In this document: in pieces, positions 33,326-43,561 of the stretch | Layout: every line of letters starts with the position of its first letter | Position numbering within the stretch: position 1 is the stretch's first letter | Source: an uncultured delta proteobacterium | GTDB lineage: Bacteria > Desulfobacterota > Binatia > Binatales > Binataceae | Direction of reading: 5' to 3' | Assembly: GCA_963724765.1 (NCBI GenBank) | Contig: CAVRVY010000001.1 | Coordinates: forward strand, 864,001 to 928,000 | Length of the DNA stretch: 64,000 nt | Position numbers and translations under genes: made by a program | The notes under the pieces: generated by a model | Database searches by the model: none | What the model was told of the DNA's origin: nothing | Seen by the model: only the letters and a program-made list of their open reading frames with translations

Positions 33326-34369
33326 ATGGATGCCGCGCAGCCGGCCTTTCTCATTCGCGAAGCCCGCGCCACCGACCATCGCCGTCTGCTGCGGCTGGCG
33401 CGCGAACTCGATTCGATCAACCTGCCCACGGATTCGGCCGAGATGGCCGAGACGCTCGCGCGTTCGGCGAAGTCGTTTCGCGGACGGGTCGCCAACCGTG
33501 CGCGCGCCGTCTATATCTTCTGCGCCGAGGAGACAGCGACCCGAGCGATCGCCGGCGCTTCGATGATCATCGGCCAGCACGGTACGCCACAGAGCCCGCA
33601 CTACTACCTCGAAATCGACAGCGACGAGCGTTACTCCAAGCGGCTGCGCAAAATGTTTCGGCATACCTATCTGCGGCTGCGCCATTCGATGGACGGGCCG
33701 ACCGAAACCGGCGGGCTTATCGTGACGCAGGCGATGCGCCATCGCCCCGAGCGGATCGGCAAGCAGCTTTCGTGGGTGCGCTTCGTTTATATCGGACGTC
33801 ATCTCAAACGCTTCCAGGACCGGGTGATTGCCGAAATGCTGCCGCCAAAGATCGGCGATCATGGCAATATCTTCTGGGACCATTACGGAAGACGGGTTAC
33901 CGGGCTGTCATTTCGCGACGCCGACCGGCTCTCGATCCGCGACAAGGAGTTCATCCCCGCGCTGTTTCCTGACGCGCCGCTCTACACCTTTTTGCTGCCC
34001 GACGAGGTGCGCGCGTCGATCGGAGCCGTGCGCGAGGAGAGCCGCGGCGCAGTCAAACTCCTGGAGCAGGCGGGGATGCAGTTTCTAAACCAGATCGATC
34101 CGTTCGATGGCGGCCCGTATTATGGCGCGCCGACCGCCGAACTGATTCCGGTCAGGCAACGGCGAACGCTCAAATTGAGGATGGGCGAGCCGCCCGCCGA
34201 GCACGCACGCCTGTACGTGGTCGCGCACGAAGACTCGCGCCGGGGCTTTCGCGCGGTGCAGGCGAGCGCGCTGGAAGAGGAGGAAGGACGGTTGGTGGTG
34301 CAGGCGGGCGCGATTGAAGCATTGGGCCTCGCCGAAGGCGCGTCGGTCGAGGCCGTCCCCCTGCCGTGA
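33326..34369 (+). CDS. astA: Arginine N-succinyltransferase family
   Basis: INLP, GPTETGGL, RFVYI....RF...VIAE, FW...G.....LSF.DAD.LS...KEFI..LFP..P.Y..LLP, IDPFDGGP. Confidence 0.8.
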   Translation: MDAAQPAFLIREARATDHRRLLRLARELDSINLPTDSAEMAETLARSAKSFRGRVANRARAVYIFCAEETATRAIAGASMIIGQHGTPQSPHYYLEIDSDERYSKRLRKMFRHTYLRLRHSMDGPTETGGLIVTQAMRHRPERIGKQLSWVRFVYIGRHLKRFQDRVIAEMLPPKIGDHGNIFWDHYGRRVTGLSFRDADRLSIRDKEFIPALFPDAPLYTFLLPDEVRASIGAVREESRGAVKLLEQAGMQFLNQIDPFDGGPYYGAPTAELIPVRQRRTLKLRMGEPPAEHARLYVVAHEDSRRGFRAVQASALEEEEGRLVVQAGAIEALGLAEGASVEAVPLP

Positions 34370-34404
34370 CGTCACGTTTTCAGCGCAAGCGCTATGACCC
34401 CTGC

Positions 34405-35796
34405 TTACAGATCGAGCAGCGCGCGGTAGAAACGCACGGCCGCTTCCACGTCGGAAAGAAAGTTGTACTCGTTGGGCGCGTGGATCACTCCGGTCGACGG
34501 CCCCGGCCCGATCACCACCGGCTCGAGCCCCGCTGCGGCGTAGATTCCCGCCTCGGTGCATCCCGCCTTCACGCCCGAGTTGAGCTCGAGCCCCGCGCGG
34601 GCCAACGCGCTCATCGCAATCTCGACCGTCTCGCTCGCCGCCGCGGCGCGGAAGCCCGGATTGGCGCGCTCGTGGCCGAGCGCCACGGATATGCCCACGG
34701 CGTTGCGCGAGATTTCCTCGACCACTCGCGCGACCCCCGCGCGGACCTCATCCAACGCCAGACCAGGCGGCGGGCGCAACTCGAATTCCAGCGTCACCGA
34801 GCCGGAAGCGGATCGGATAACGCCGGGATTGCAGGTCAGTGTGGGTTGCGCGTAGCCGGGCTCGTCGCCGCCGCTGTTGTTGGCATATTTGCTCAGCGCG
34901 GCGATGAACCGGATCGTCGTGGTCACCACCTCGAGCGGAATGATCTCCGCAACCGGTCCGTCGAAGTTCTCGGCCTCGATCGCACCGCCGATCGGAAGGT
35001 CGAGCGCTGCTTCGGTCGCGACCACGACGTCGCATCGCGCCGGCACCACGTTGACCACGGTGCCGCCCGAGATCGCGGCCAGGTTGAGTTTGGGGTTGAT
35101 CGCGATCGCTTCAAGGGCGACTGCGATCGCGTTGATGCCCAGCGCCGGAGTGCTTGAATGGGCGGCCTTGCCGGCAAACGTGAGCCGCCGCCGCGCCTGC
35201 ATCGTCTCGTCAATCCGCAACGGCGTGAAACCGAGCGTCAGCTCGAACACAATCAAACCCTTGTGTGCGGTGATGACCTCCAGGCGCGAGGGCTCACCCA
35301 CGAAAGCCATCGCTCCCGCCGGCAGGATCGCCGCCTCAACGATTTCCTTCGCCCCGGTAAGGCCATGCTCTTCGCCGAAGCTGCCGACCAGGTAAACGTC
35401 GCGCCGCGGCGTGCCGATCGCGGTTAGCGCGAAGACCTTGGCGGCGAAATCGAGCTTGGTGTCGGCGGCGCCAAGTCCGTAGATTCGGTCGTCGGCGACG
35501 CGCGCGGTGAAAGGGTCGCCGACGCAAGCGGTCCATAGATGCGGCGCGCCGGGCGGAACCGTGTCGAGATGTGTGTTGAGCACAAGCGGCTTTAGCGACG
35601 AGTCGCGGCCGCGGATCGCCGCGACCAGGTTCACCTGCTCGGCGCCCTCGCGGGTCGAGGGGATGAGACGTGCTGCGATTCCCGCCGGCGCAAGCATCTC
35701 GGAGGCGCACAATTGCGCGATCTGCCGCGTGCCCTCAGCCGTGACGCTGCGGCATGCGATCAGCCGCCGGCACCATTCAAGCAGCGCCGTGTCCAT
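34405..35796 (-). CDS. M20 family metallopeptidase/deacylase (ArgE/DapE-like)
   Basis: LNTHLDTVPPG, YGLGAADTK, EEHG, GEPS, GKAAHSS, IHAPNEY. Alternative start GTG 35835. Confidence 0.88.
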   Translation of the reverse strand: MDTALLEWCRRLIACRSVTAEGTRQIAQLCASEMLAPAGIAARLIPSTREGAEQVNLVAAIRGRDSSLKPLVLNTHLDTVPPGAPHLWTACVGDPFTARVADDRIYGLGAADTKLDFAAKVFALTAIGTPRRDVYLVGSFGEEHGLTGAKEIVEAAILPAGAMAFVGEPSRLEVITAHKGLIVFELTLGFTPLRIDETMQARRRLTFAGKAAHSSTPALGINAIAVALEAIAINPKLNLAAISGGTVVNVVPARCDVVVATEAALDLPIGGAIEAENFDGPVAEIIPLEVVTTTIRFIAALSKYANNSGGDEPGYAQPTLTCNPGVIRSASGSVTLEFELRPPPGLALDEVRAGVARVVEEISRNAVGISVALGHERANPGFRAAAASETVEIAMSALARAGLELNSGVKAGCTEAGIYAAAGLEPVVIGPGPSTGVIHAPNEYNFLSDVEAAVRFYRALLDL

Positions 35797-36664
35797 CGCT
35801 CCCAACGCGCTCGACGCGTCCCTCGCGATCGCCACGGCCGGAGCGCTCGGGCGCGCCCGGCTTCACGGCATAATGGATCGCAACCGTGCCGAAGCCAGTC
35901 AGACGATAGCCGACCTCGCCGAGCCCCGCCGCGCGCATGATCGCGGCCATCGTCTCGGCATCGGGATGCGGGCGCAGCGACTGGCCCAGCCATCGGTAGG
36001 CGAAGTAGTGGCCGCTTACCGCGCCGCCCAGAAGCGGAACGATGCGCCCGATGTAAAAGCCGAAGAGTCCATGCAGCGGGCCGCGCGGCGGCGTGAGGTC
36101 GAGACAGGCGAGCCGCCCGCCCGGCTTGAGCACGCGTCCGAGTTCTCCGAAGGCGGCGGGCAGGTCGGTTACGTTGCGCAACATGAAGCCGTTGACGATG
36201 CAATCGAAAGTGTCGTCATGGAACGGAAGGCGCGTGGTGTCGCCGGCGACGAAGGTAATCTTGGCGGCGTCGTCGTCGCGCGCGGCCTTGGCCACCGCCG
36301 CGGTCAGCATGTCGGCGCAGAAATCCGCGCCGACCACGCGGCGCGCGCCCTGGCGTGCGAGTTCGAGCGCGAGATCGCCGGTGCCGGTTGCGATGTCGAG
36401 CGCGAAGGCGCCGGACGGCCGCGTTAGCGCGGCCGTCGCGCGGCGCCATCGCCGGTCCAGTCCCATCGTCATCAGGCGGTTGACGAGGTCGTAGCGCGGC
36501 ACGATGCGCGCGAACATCGCGCGCACGAAAGCGGCCTTGCCAGCGGCGCCGTCGGCGCCGGCGGGCAAGGCCGAGGTTGCGCCAGGCGCGGCCGGGCTCG
36601 CGGCGGAGCGATCGTTGGTGATGGGTGCCGGCGGATTCGTCACGTGGTCACGCGTGGAGCGCAT
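35777..36664 (-). CDS. ubiE: Demethylmenaquinone/ubiquinone methyltransferase (MenG/UbiE)
   Basis: VRAMF..I..RYDL.NRLM..GLD..WR, LDIATGTGD, F.LRNV.D, RVLKPGG, Y..L..S. Confidence 0.88.
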   Translation of the reverse strand: MRSTRDHVTNPPAPITNDRSAASPAAPGATSALPAGADGAAGKAAFVRAMFARIVPRYDLVNRLMTMGLDRRWRRATAALTRPSGAFALDIATGTGDLALELARQGARRVVGADFCADMLTAAVAKAARDDDAAKITFVAGDTTRLPFHDDTFDCIVNGFMLRNVTDLPAAFGELGRVLKPGGRLACLDLTPPRGPLHGLFGFYIGRIVPLLGGAVSGHYFAYRWLGQSLRPHPDAETMAAIMRAAGLGEVGYRLTGFGTVAIHYAVKPGAPERSGRGDREGRVERVGSDGHGAA

Positions 36665-36798
36665 CAGCGCCGGGGACGCGCGCCGCTTTGCGGCGCGCGT
36701 CCCTGGCGCGATGCTCTAGCTGAGAAGGTAGGCAATTGGCGCTCCGCACTCAACCCGCGCCGCGAGGTAGCTGCGGCGGCCGTCGGCCGCCGCAGCGC

Positions 36799-39558
36799 TC
36801 AGTGCGGGACGCCGTTGACCCGCGTGTCCGCGGGCTCCGGCGCGGTGGATGCGGCCAGTGCGAGCTTGGCCGCGCCCGCGCCGACCAGGACGAGAGTTTC
36901 ATTGATCGCGGCGAGCAGCGTCGCCTTGCGCACGGGCTTGGCGATGTGCGTGTTGCAGCCTGCATCGAACGCGCGGCGGATGTCATCGTCGAGCGTCGAG
37001 GCGGTCAGCGCCAGGATCGGCGTCGCGGGCCGCCGATGCTCAGCTTCCCAGGCGCGGATAGTCCTCACCGCTGTGTAACCGTCCATCACAGGCATCTGGA
37101 TGTCCATCAAGACCAGGTCGTAGCGGCCAGAGATGAATTTCTCGACCGCGACTTTCCCATCTTCGGCGGTTTCGACCTGGTAGGGAAGGCGCCTGAAGTA
37201 GGCTGCGATCAGCAGACGATTGTCCGGCGAATCCTCGACCAGCAGGATACGCAAGGACGGCGTGGCGGCCGCGGGAGTGGCTTGCGCAGGCGTGGGGGGT
37301 GGCAGCGACGATGCGGCCAGAGCGGTGGCCATGTCCTCGCGGCAGACTGGCGCGGGCGTGGCTGCGTGCTTGAGGCTTTGCGCGGCGCGCGAAATTACCT
37401 CGAGCAGGTCCGAGCGGCGCACGGGCTTGAGCAGATGGCTCTGGAAGCCGAGGCGGCGCAAGCGCGCGAGCTTGGAGTTCAGATCGTCGGTGGTCAGCAT
37501 CGGGATAATCATTGCCGCGCCGCAAGCGCATCCGTCCTTTGCCAGATGCTCGATCTGCTCGATTCCTGGCATCTGGCAGTCGCCGAATACCAGGTCGAAT
37601 GGCCGCTTGAAGCGCAGCGCTTCGCCGAGCGCCGCGATTGTCTCCGGTACGGTGGACGCCTGCACGACCGTTGCGCCGTAATGACTGAGCGTCTCAACGA
37701 AGATGCGCCGGTTGGTGGCGTTGCGATCGGCCACCAGGGCGCTCAGGCCGTGCAGGTCATAGGTTGGGGTGGCTTCGCTCACAGAATTGGATACCTCCAG
37801 CGTTGCGGTGAAGTTAAAGGTGCTGCCCTTGCCGAGCGCGCTCTCGACCCAGATCCGCCCGCCCATCAGCGCCACCAGCCGCGACGCGATCGCCAGGCCG
37901 AGCCCGCTGCCGCCATACTTGCGCGTATCGGAGGAATCGCCCTGGGTGAAGTTGGAGAAGATTGCGCCGAGCTGGGCCGCTTCGATTCCAATGCCGTTGT
38001 CGGCGACCGAGAAGCGCAAGACGCCGGGCCTGGTCGCGTCTTGCTCAGCGTTTTCGGCCGTGACCGTCAGCTCGACCGCGCCCAGTTCGGTGAACTTGAT
38101 CGCGTTGCCGATCAGATTCATCAGCACCTGGCGGAGCCTGAGCGGATCGCCCAAACGCTGCGTCGGCATGCCGGGCGCAATCCGCGCCACCAGTTCGAGC
38201 CCCTTGCCGTGAGCGCGCACCGCAAGCGTTTCGACGGTCTTCTCGACCAAGTCGCCGAGGTCGAATTCGACCTCCTCCAATCGCAGCCGGCCATTCTCGA
38301 CCTTGGCCAGATCGAGGATATCGTCGAGCAGGGTGAGCAGCGTGCCGCCGTTGAAACGCATGATGTCGAGGTAGCGGCACTGTTCGGCGTCGAGGCTGGT
38401 TTCCGACAGCGCTTCGGCCATCCCGAGGACCGCGTTCATCGGTGTGCGGATCTCATGCGACATGCTCGAGAGAAACTCGGATTTGGCGCGCGAGGCGATG
38501 AGCGCCTGCTCGCGCGCCTCCACCAGTTCGTCCTGCGTGTGCTTGAGCGCGGTGATGTCGCGCGCCATTACGATCGCGCACAGCTCGCCGTCAAGTTCGA
38601 CGGTCGAGCCCGACAGCAGAAACGGCGCGAGCGTGCCGTTGCTATTTCGTACCTGGACGTCAACGTTGCGCAGGATGCCTTTGGCGCGCAGCTCGCGAAG
38701 AAAGCGCCGGCCGTGCTCTTTGCTTCCCCACACCGCCAGATTGCCGTGCGCAGCCGCGAGCGCATCTGCGCGGCTGTAACCAGTGACCCTGGTGAACTCG
38801 CTGTTGACCTCGACAGTGCGGCCGTCGACCAGGCTGAAGATCGTGATCGCGTCGCTGGTCGACTCGAAGATTTTGCGGAGTTTGGCCTCGCTCTCGGCGC
38901 TCCGCCGCTCGCTCTGCGCCAGCGCCTCGTAGCGCCCGGTGAGGCCGCGGCGATAGAGAGTGGTCAGATGGGCCGCCAACTGGGCAATGGCGACGGCGGT
39001 CAGCATCGCCAGCCAGCGGAAGTAGATGTAGGGATCGTGAACTGATATCAGCGCTTCGTCGATCGCGAATGCGGCCAGCGCAAAAATGTTCAGCGCCGCC
39101 TGCCAGCATTCGCTCCATGGGATGAGGCAGCCGGTTCCGGTCGCAAAAAGCAGCACCACGGTGAACAAGGGAATGTCCTCGTGATGGATAACGTTGATCG
39201 CGGCGGTGCCACCGATCACTGCCCAGCACATCACCAGCACGATTGCGCGCCAATAGCGTGCCGACCGCGGGTTAAAGCTGAGACCGAATGCAAGGCCGAC
39301 AACCCCGACGTTGAGAAGATGCAAAGCAACCGCTGCGGGCCAGTAGTTCGGCGAGTTCAGTTCGTTGAGGAGATACGCGGTCTGAAAGACAAATATCACT
39401 ACCGCACTGACACGGAGCATCAGCGCGCCCCAGTACTCGTTGTTGATCGTCAATAGCTCGGTAAGGCTGGCCGACCGCGTGGCCGGCGCCTCAACCGCCG
39501 CGTGCGTGGCTGGTTCGGAACGCGAGCTTGACCAGAGAATTTCTGCAGCCGATACCAT
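36799..39558 (-). CDS. Membrane-bound hybrid sensor histidine kinase (TM-PAS-HisKA-HATPase-REC-REC)
   Basis: AKSEFLSSMSHEIRTPMN, NLIGNAIKFT, DNGIG, GGSGLGL, LVLMDIQMPVMDG. Confidence 0.93.
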   Translation of the reverse strand: MVSAAEILWSSSRSEPATHAAVEAPATRSASLTELLTINNEYWGALMLRVSAVVIFVFQTAYLLNELNSPNYWPAAVALHLLNVGVVGLAFGLSFNPRSARYWRAIVLVMCWAVIGGTAAINVIHHEDIPLFTVVLLFATGTGCLIPWSECWQAALNIFALAAFAIDEALISVHDPYIYFRWLAMLTAVAIAQLAAHLTTLYRRGLTGRYEALAQSERRSAESEAKLRKIFESTSDAITIFSLVDGRTVEVNSEFTRVTGYSRADALAAAHGNLAVWGSKEHGRRFLRELRAKGILRNVDVQVRNSNGTLAPFLLSGSTVELDGELCAIVMARDITALKHTQDELVEAREQALIASRAKSEFLSSMSHEIRTPMNAVLGMAEALSETSLDAEQCRYLDIMRFNGGTLLTLLDDILDLAKVENGRLRLEEVEFDLGDLVEKTVETLAVRAHGKGLELVARIAPGMPTQRLGDPLRLRQVLMNLIGNAIKFTELGAVELTVTAENAEQDATRPGVLRFSVADNGIGIEAAQLGAIFSNFTQGDSSDTRKYGGSGLGLAIASRLVALMGGRIWVESALGKGSTFNFTATLEVSNSVSEATPTYDLHGLSALVADRNATNRRIFVETLSHYGATVVQASTVPETIAALGEALRFKRPFDLVFGDCQMPGIEQIEHLAKDGCACGAAMIIPMLTTDDLNSKLARLRRLGFQSHLLKPVRRSDLLEVISRAAQSLKHAATPAPVCREDMATALAASSLPPPTPAQATPAAATPSLRILLVEDSPDNRLLIAAYFRRLPYQVETAEDGKVAVEKFISGRYDLVLMDIQMPVMDGYTAVRTIRAWEAEHRRPATPILALTASTLDDDIRRAFDAGCNTHIAKPVRKATLLAAINETLVLVGAGAAKLALAASTAPEPADTRVNGVPH

Positions 39559-39682
39559 CCTGATACGCCACGCAGAGCGGTGACAAAGTAAGAGAGAGCA
39601 AAAGCGATGCCCGAAAAACGCGCGGGTAAGCAAAGATTAGACTTGCAGGGGAGAGCGCGATGTCGGCAAATGAGACGGCGCC

Positions 39683-39700
39683 GTGTCACCAAAGTGACAC
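39683..39700. promoter_or_regulatory. Perfect palindrome GTGTCAC-N4-GTGACAC, candidate operator upstream of the hybrid kinase
   Basis: 7-4-7 inverted repeat in the intergenic gap. Confidence 0.3.
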
Positions 39701-39737
39701 AGCGCTTTGAGCGGCTGTTCCGTGCGCGAATCAGCGC

Positions 39738-40496
39738 TTAAGGCGCGAGCACCAGTTCCTGCCGCGCCGCGTAGCCGTCGATTTCCAGCTCCAGCCCGAT
39801 CACCGGCGGCCGCGCGTAGTGCCATCGGATGCCACGATACGCCGCCGTGCCCAGCGCCGGCAGCAGATCGGTCGCGAACAGCGGATGCATGTCGTGGACG
39901 GTGTACAGGTTCACCGCCGACGCCTCGCTCCATCCAAGCTTCATCTCGCGCAAAAGCCCGCCGAGCGCTTCCAGGATGCAGGCGTTCTTGCGCCGCAATC
40001 CTTCGAGCGAGACGTCGGCGGCCGCGACGACCTCTCTTTTTCCGCCTTCGCGTGAGACCACCTCGGGCACGCCCGCGAGCACGAAGGCCGGCCGCCCGGC
40101 GCCCACCGCCGGTATCGTGTAGCAGAAGCCATAGAGGGACGGCTCGGCGAGCGGGCTTGAGGCCGGCGCGACGTTGGTGCGCGCGACCGGGTTCAATCCG
40201 TCCACCATCACGCCCCAGGCCGCCAGCCGCTCGATATAGCCGCTGTTGAATTCGTCGAACCCGGCGGGCGTAAGCGGTGCGGGGATGCGTAACTCGATAC
40301 CGCATACGGCGTTGATCGGGCGGCTCGCCTCGCGCATGTGGCGCTCGATTAGTCCGTAGCCGTCGGCCAGCCGGACGAGCGGCTTGAAGGTCGCGTGGAC
40401 GATCTCGAATCCGGAGTTGGCCAGTGCGCCTGAGGAAAAAGGCGCGCCATAGCCGCGGACGAATTTGTAATCTCCCCTGGCATTGTCGAGCAGCAT
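39738..40496 (-). CDS. cnbZ: CnbZ-like 2-aminomuconate deaminase (2-amino-5-chloromuconate deaminase family)
   Basis: Y.F..G..PFSSG.....GFEIVH, ELR.P.P....GF..FN..Y...L..WG.....NPVARTNV, F.YT.P, YTVHD, ARPPV.GLE.E.D. Confidence 0.75.
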   Translation of the reverse strand: MLLDNARGDYKFVRGYGAPFSSGALANSGFEIVHATFKPLVRLADGYGLIERHMREASRPINAVCGIELRIPAPLTPAGFDEFNSGYIERLAAWGVMVDGLNPVARTNVAPASSPLAEPSLYGFCYTIPAVGAGRPAFVLAGVPEVVSREGGKREVVAAADVSLEGLRRKNACILEALGGLLREMKLGWSEASAVNLYTVHDMHPLFATDLLPALGTAAYRGIRWHYARPPVIGLELEIDGYAARQELVLAP

Positions 40497-40727
40497 AGGT
40501 CGCGTTCCTCCCGCGCGGCCATTATGGCGCGCCGGCGGCGCCGGAGTGAAACGCTATAGCGTCATTTTTCGGCCTTTTCCGTCTCGATGCGGACAACTCG
40601 CGAAACTGGCCATCTGGAAAAACAGGGGCCGACTGCGCTACACAGAAGAAGGGTCTCCGCAGATCGTGACGGCACTGCGGCCGTACACGGACAAAGCCGG
40701 CGACCGACACCACATTAGGAGAATGCC

Positions 40728-41849
40728 ATGCACGTAGGCTACGGAGCAGCTTTCCAAAATCCCAACAACGCGCATTCCGACGCCGAGGTTTACCGCAACG
40801 AACTGCGGTTTGCCGAGATGGCCGAGCCACTCGGATTCGACTCGGTCTGGTCGGTCGAGCATCACTTCGACGATTACACGATGTGCCCCGACGTGTTGCA
40901 GTTCCTGTCGTACATGGCGGGCAAGACCAGGCACGTGAAGCTCGGTTCGATGGTGGTCGTGCTGCCCTGGCACGATCCGATTCGGGTCGCCGAGCAGGCC
41001 TCACTGCTCGATCATCTCTCCAACGGGCGCTTCATCCTGGGCCTCGGCCGCGGGCTTGCGCGAATCGAGTACGAGGGCTTCCGTCTCGATCAGAACGAGG
41101 GCCGCAATCTTTTCGTCGAGTATGCCGAATTGGTGCTCAACGCGCTGGAGAAGGGCTTCATGGAGGGCGGTCGTCATACCAATCAGCCCCGGCGCGACAT
41201 CCGGCCCTTTCCGGCCCGTTCGTTCCGCGGCCGTAGCTATGCCGCGGCGGTCTCGCCCGAGTCGATGCCGATCATGGCGAAGCTGGGCGTCGGCGTGCTG
41301 GTGATTCCGCAGAAGCCGTGGGACGCGGTCAAGAAGGATTTCGAGATCTACCACAAGGTCTGGCGCGAGGTTAACGGCACCGAGCCGCCGCCGCCGCTTT
41401 CGGGCGGGTTCATCTTCGTCGACGAGGACCGCAGCCGCGCGCAAGAGATGGGGATGAAGTACATCACCGACTACTACCACACGGCGATGAAGCACTATGA
41501 GATGACCTCGGAGAAGTTCGGACAGAACAAGAGCTACGAGTTCTATAGCGGAGTCAGCAAATATATCGCGCGCCACGGGATGGATAACGCGGCCAAGGAC
41601 TTCGCCTCGCTGATGCCTTTCGGGACGCCGGCCGAAGTGCTTGAGAAACTCAAGTTCATGCAGGAGACGATCGACAACAACGGCATCCTGGGCAACTTCA
41701 GCTACGCCGGGATGCCGTTCGACGAAGCCGAGCGCAACATCAAGTGCTTCGCCAAGCACGTGCTGCCGGAGCTCAAGAAATGGAAGACCGCGCCGCTGCC
41801 GGAGCCGGCGGAACTCAAGTTGCCGGCGGAGCCGGCCCGCGCCGCCTAG
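40728..41849 (+). CDS. Luciferase-like (LLM) flavin/F420-dependent oxidoreductase
   Basis: AEPLGFDSVWSVEHHF, VLPWHDPIRVAE...LDHLSNGR..LGLGRG. Confidence 0.92.
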   Translation: MHVGYGAAFQNPNNAHSDAEVYRNELRFAEMAEPLGFDSVWSVEHHFDDYTMCPDVLQFLSYMAGKTRHVKLGSMVVVLPWHDPIRVAEQASLLDHLSNGRFILGLGRGLARIEYEGFRLDQNEGRNLFVEYAELVLNALEKGFMEGGRHTNQPRRDIRPFPARSFRGRSYAAAVSPESMPIMAKLGVGVLVIPQKPWDAVKKDFEIYHKVWREVNGTEPPPPLSGGFIFVDEDRSRAQEMGMKYITDYYHTAMKHYEMTSEKFGQNKSYEFYSGVSKYIARHGMDNAAKDFASLMPFGTPAEVLEKLKFMQETIDNNGILGNFSYAGMPFDEAERNIKCFAKHVLPELKKWKTAPLPEPAELKLPAEPARAA

Positions 41850-41877
41850 ACCGCCGCGAAACTCATCTTTGATCTGG

Positions 41878-41915
41878 AGGGGGGGCGATTTATCGAATCG
41901 TTCCCTTTTCTTTTT
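41878..41915 (+). terminator. Intrinsic terminator between the convergent LLM and amidase genes
   Basis: GGGGGCGATT-TATCG-AATCGTTCCC followed by TTTTCTTTTT. Confidence 0.6.
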
Positions 41916-41930
41916 ATGCCGCCGCGCGAT

Positions 41931-43322
41931 CTATTCCAGCGGCGGATGCCGATCGTGCCAGGGCCGCGCTTCCTCGAACGCCGCGGCGAGCGCGATTATT
42001 CCGGCCTCGTCGCTGGGCCGGCCGACTATCTGAAGTCCGATTGGCAAGCCGGCGCGGCTTAGCCCGTTGGGCAGTGAGATCGCGGGCTGGCCGGTCGCGT
42101 TGAAGGGAAACGTGAACGGCAGCCAGGCCAGTGCCTCCTCGACATAGCTCTCGGGCCGCGACGGCAACGCGCCAATCAGCATCGCCGGGCGAGCCAGCGT
42201 AGGCGTGAGCAGCGCGTCGTAGGGCATCAGGCTCTGCACGATCGTGCGCGAGGTGTTGTGCAATTCGAGCTGTGCGGCGATGTACTGCGGCGCGCTCATT
42301 TTTTGTCCCGCCTCGTAAAAGACCCGCACCATCGGATCTATAAGCTCTGGATCCTTGAACGGAACCGCAGCGATGCCCGCCGAGACCACGGCGCCGAAAG
42401 ATTCGGCCAGCCGCGCCGCCGGATCGATATCGACCGGCTCCAGTTGATGGCCCATCGCGCGGAACGCCGCGCAGGCGGCCTCGAAATTGTTAAGCGTGTC
42501 GGCCTCGATCGGGCCGAGCGCGCTGCGGCTGAGCGTCGCGAGACGGAGTTTTTCGGGCCGCCGCTCGAGCGGGCTTTGAAAACTCCGCGCCGGGCGCGGC
42601 GCAAAGTATGGATCGCCGGGCACTTCTCCTGCCATCACGTCCAGCATCAGAGCGGCGTCGCGCACCGATCTCGCGATCGGGCCGTTGGTAAAGAGCCCGC
42701 CCCATAGCTCGCCCCATATAGGCGCGAGGGTGATTCGCCCGCGCGACGGCTTAAGCCCCACCGTGCCGCAACAGGCCGAGGGGATGCGCACCGAGCCGCC
42801 GCCGTCGCTGCCTTCGGCTAGCGGATGGAGTCCCGCGGCGACCGCTGCCGCGGCGCCGCCGCTTGAGCCGCCGGTGGTGTAGGCAAGGTTCCATGGATTG
42901 TGCGCCGGCGGACAGAGCCCACCTTCGGTGGTCGGCCGTCCGCCGAATTCGGGCGTCGCGGTTTTGCCGAGCAGGATACCGCCGGCGTTATGCAAACGCA
43001 CGGCAAGTTCGGCGTCCGCGTCGGGCACGTTAGCGACGAAATTGCGCGAGCCGAAGGTAGTGAGGATTCCCCGCGTCGGGGTCAGGTCCTTCAGCGAATA
43101 CGGAACGCCATAGAGCGGCATCGCGGCCGCGTCCTTTTTTTCCAGACGTGCGGCGTCGGCCAGCGCGCGCTCGGCGGTCACGGTGACGAAGGCCTTGAGC
43201 TTGGGATCGAAGCGCTCGATGCGGGCCAGAAAGAACTCGGCGACCTCTTTCGGCCGCAGCTCCTTTTTGACTACCAGTTCACGCAGCTGCCACGCTTCGA
43301 TATGTGGATCGAGCATTCGCAT
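41931..43322 (-). CDS. Amidase-signature family amidase (aryl-acylamidase/6-aminohexanoate cyclic dimer hydrolase-like)
   Basis: GVPYSLKD, GKTATPEFG, GGSSGG, GSDGGGSVRIPSACCG (Ser-Ser-Lys triad). Confidence 0.92.
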   Translation of the reverse strand: MRMLDPHIEAWQLRELVVKKELRPKEVAEFFLARIERFDPKLKAFVTVTAERALADAARLEKKDAAAMPLYGVPYSLKDLTPTRGILTTFGSRNFVANVPDADAELAVRLHNAGGILLGKTATPEFGGRPTTEGGLCPPAHNPWNLAYTTGGSSGGAAAAVAAGLHPLAEGSDGGGSVRIPSACCGTVGLKPSRGRITLAPIWGELWGGLFTNGPIARSVRDAALMLDVMAGEVPGDPYFAPRPARSFQSPLERRPEKLRLATLSRSALGPIEADTLNNFEAACAAFRAMGHQLEPVDIDPAARLAESFGAVVSAGIAAVPFKDPELIDPMVRVFYEAGQKMSAPQYIAAQLELHNTSRTIVQSLMPYDALLTPTLARPAMLIGALPSRPESYVEEALAWLPFTFPFNATGQPAISLPNGLSRAGLPIGLQIVGRPSDEAGIIALAAAFEEARPWHDRHPPLE

Positions 43323-43561
43323 GTCCTCCGTCGCAAACGAATTTCACGAGGCGGGCAAAGGCCGCCCCGGCGGCATCATACTACGAACGGCGAGATGCCG
43401 ATTTCAAACGATGTGGGCAAACGCGCCGCGGCGGACAGCGGCGCCGCCGTTTGCCGTCTGGCATCGGTTACGACAAAGTGCTACGGATGCGCTCAGTTCA
43501 CGCGATGCCCCGGTTGTCCGCGACGCGGACGGAGCAGCGCGATGCGGAGGATCCACGCAAC

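Noticed and set aside
32638-33972. 444-aa plus-strand ORF
   Set aside because: Crosses three better-supported genes and a terminator; no recognisable motifs.
36736-39045. 769-aa plus-strand ORF
   Set aside because: Antisense shadow of the hybrid histidine kinase.
43455-43475. Possible sigma54 promoter (TGGCAT...) before hqdA
   Set aside because: Lacks the -12 GC at the required spacing.
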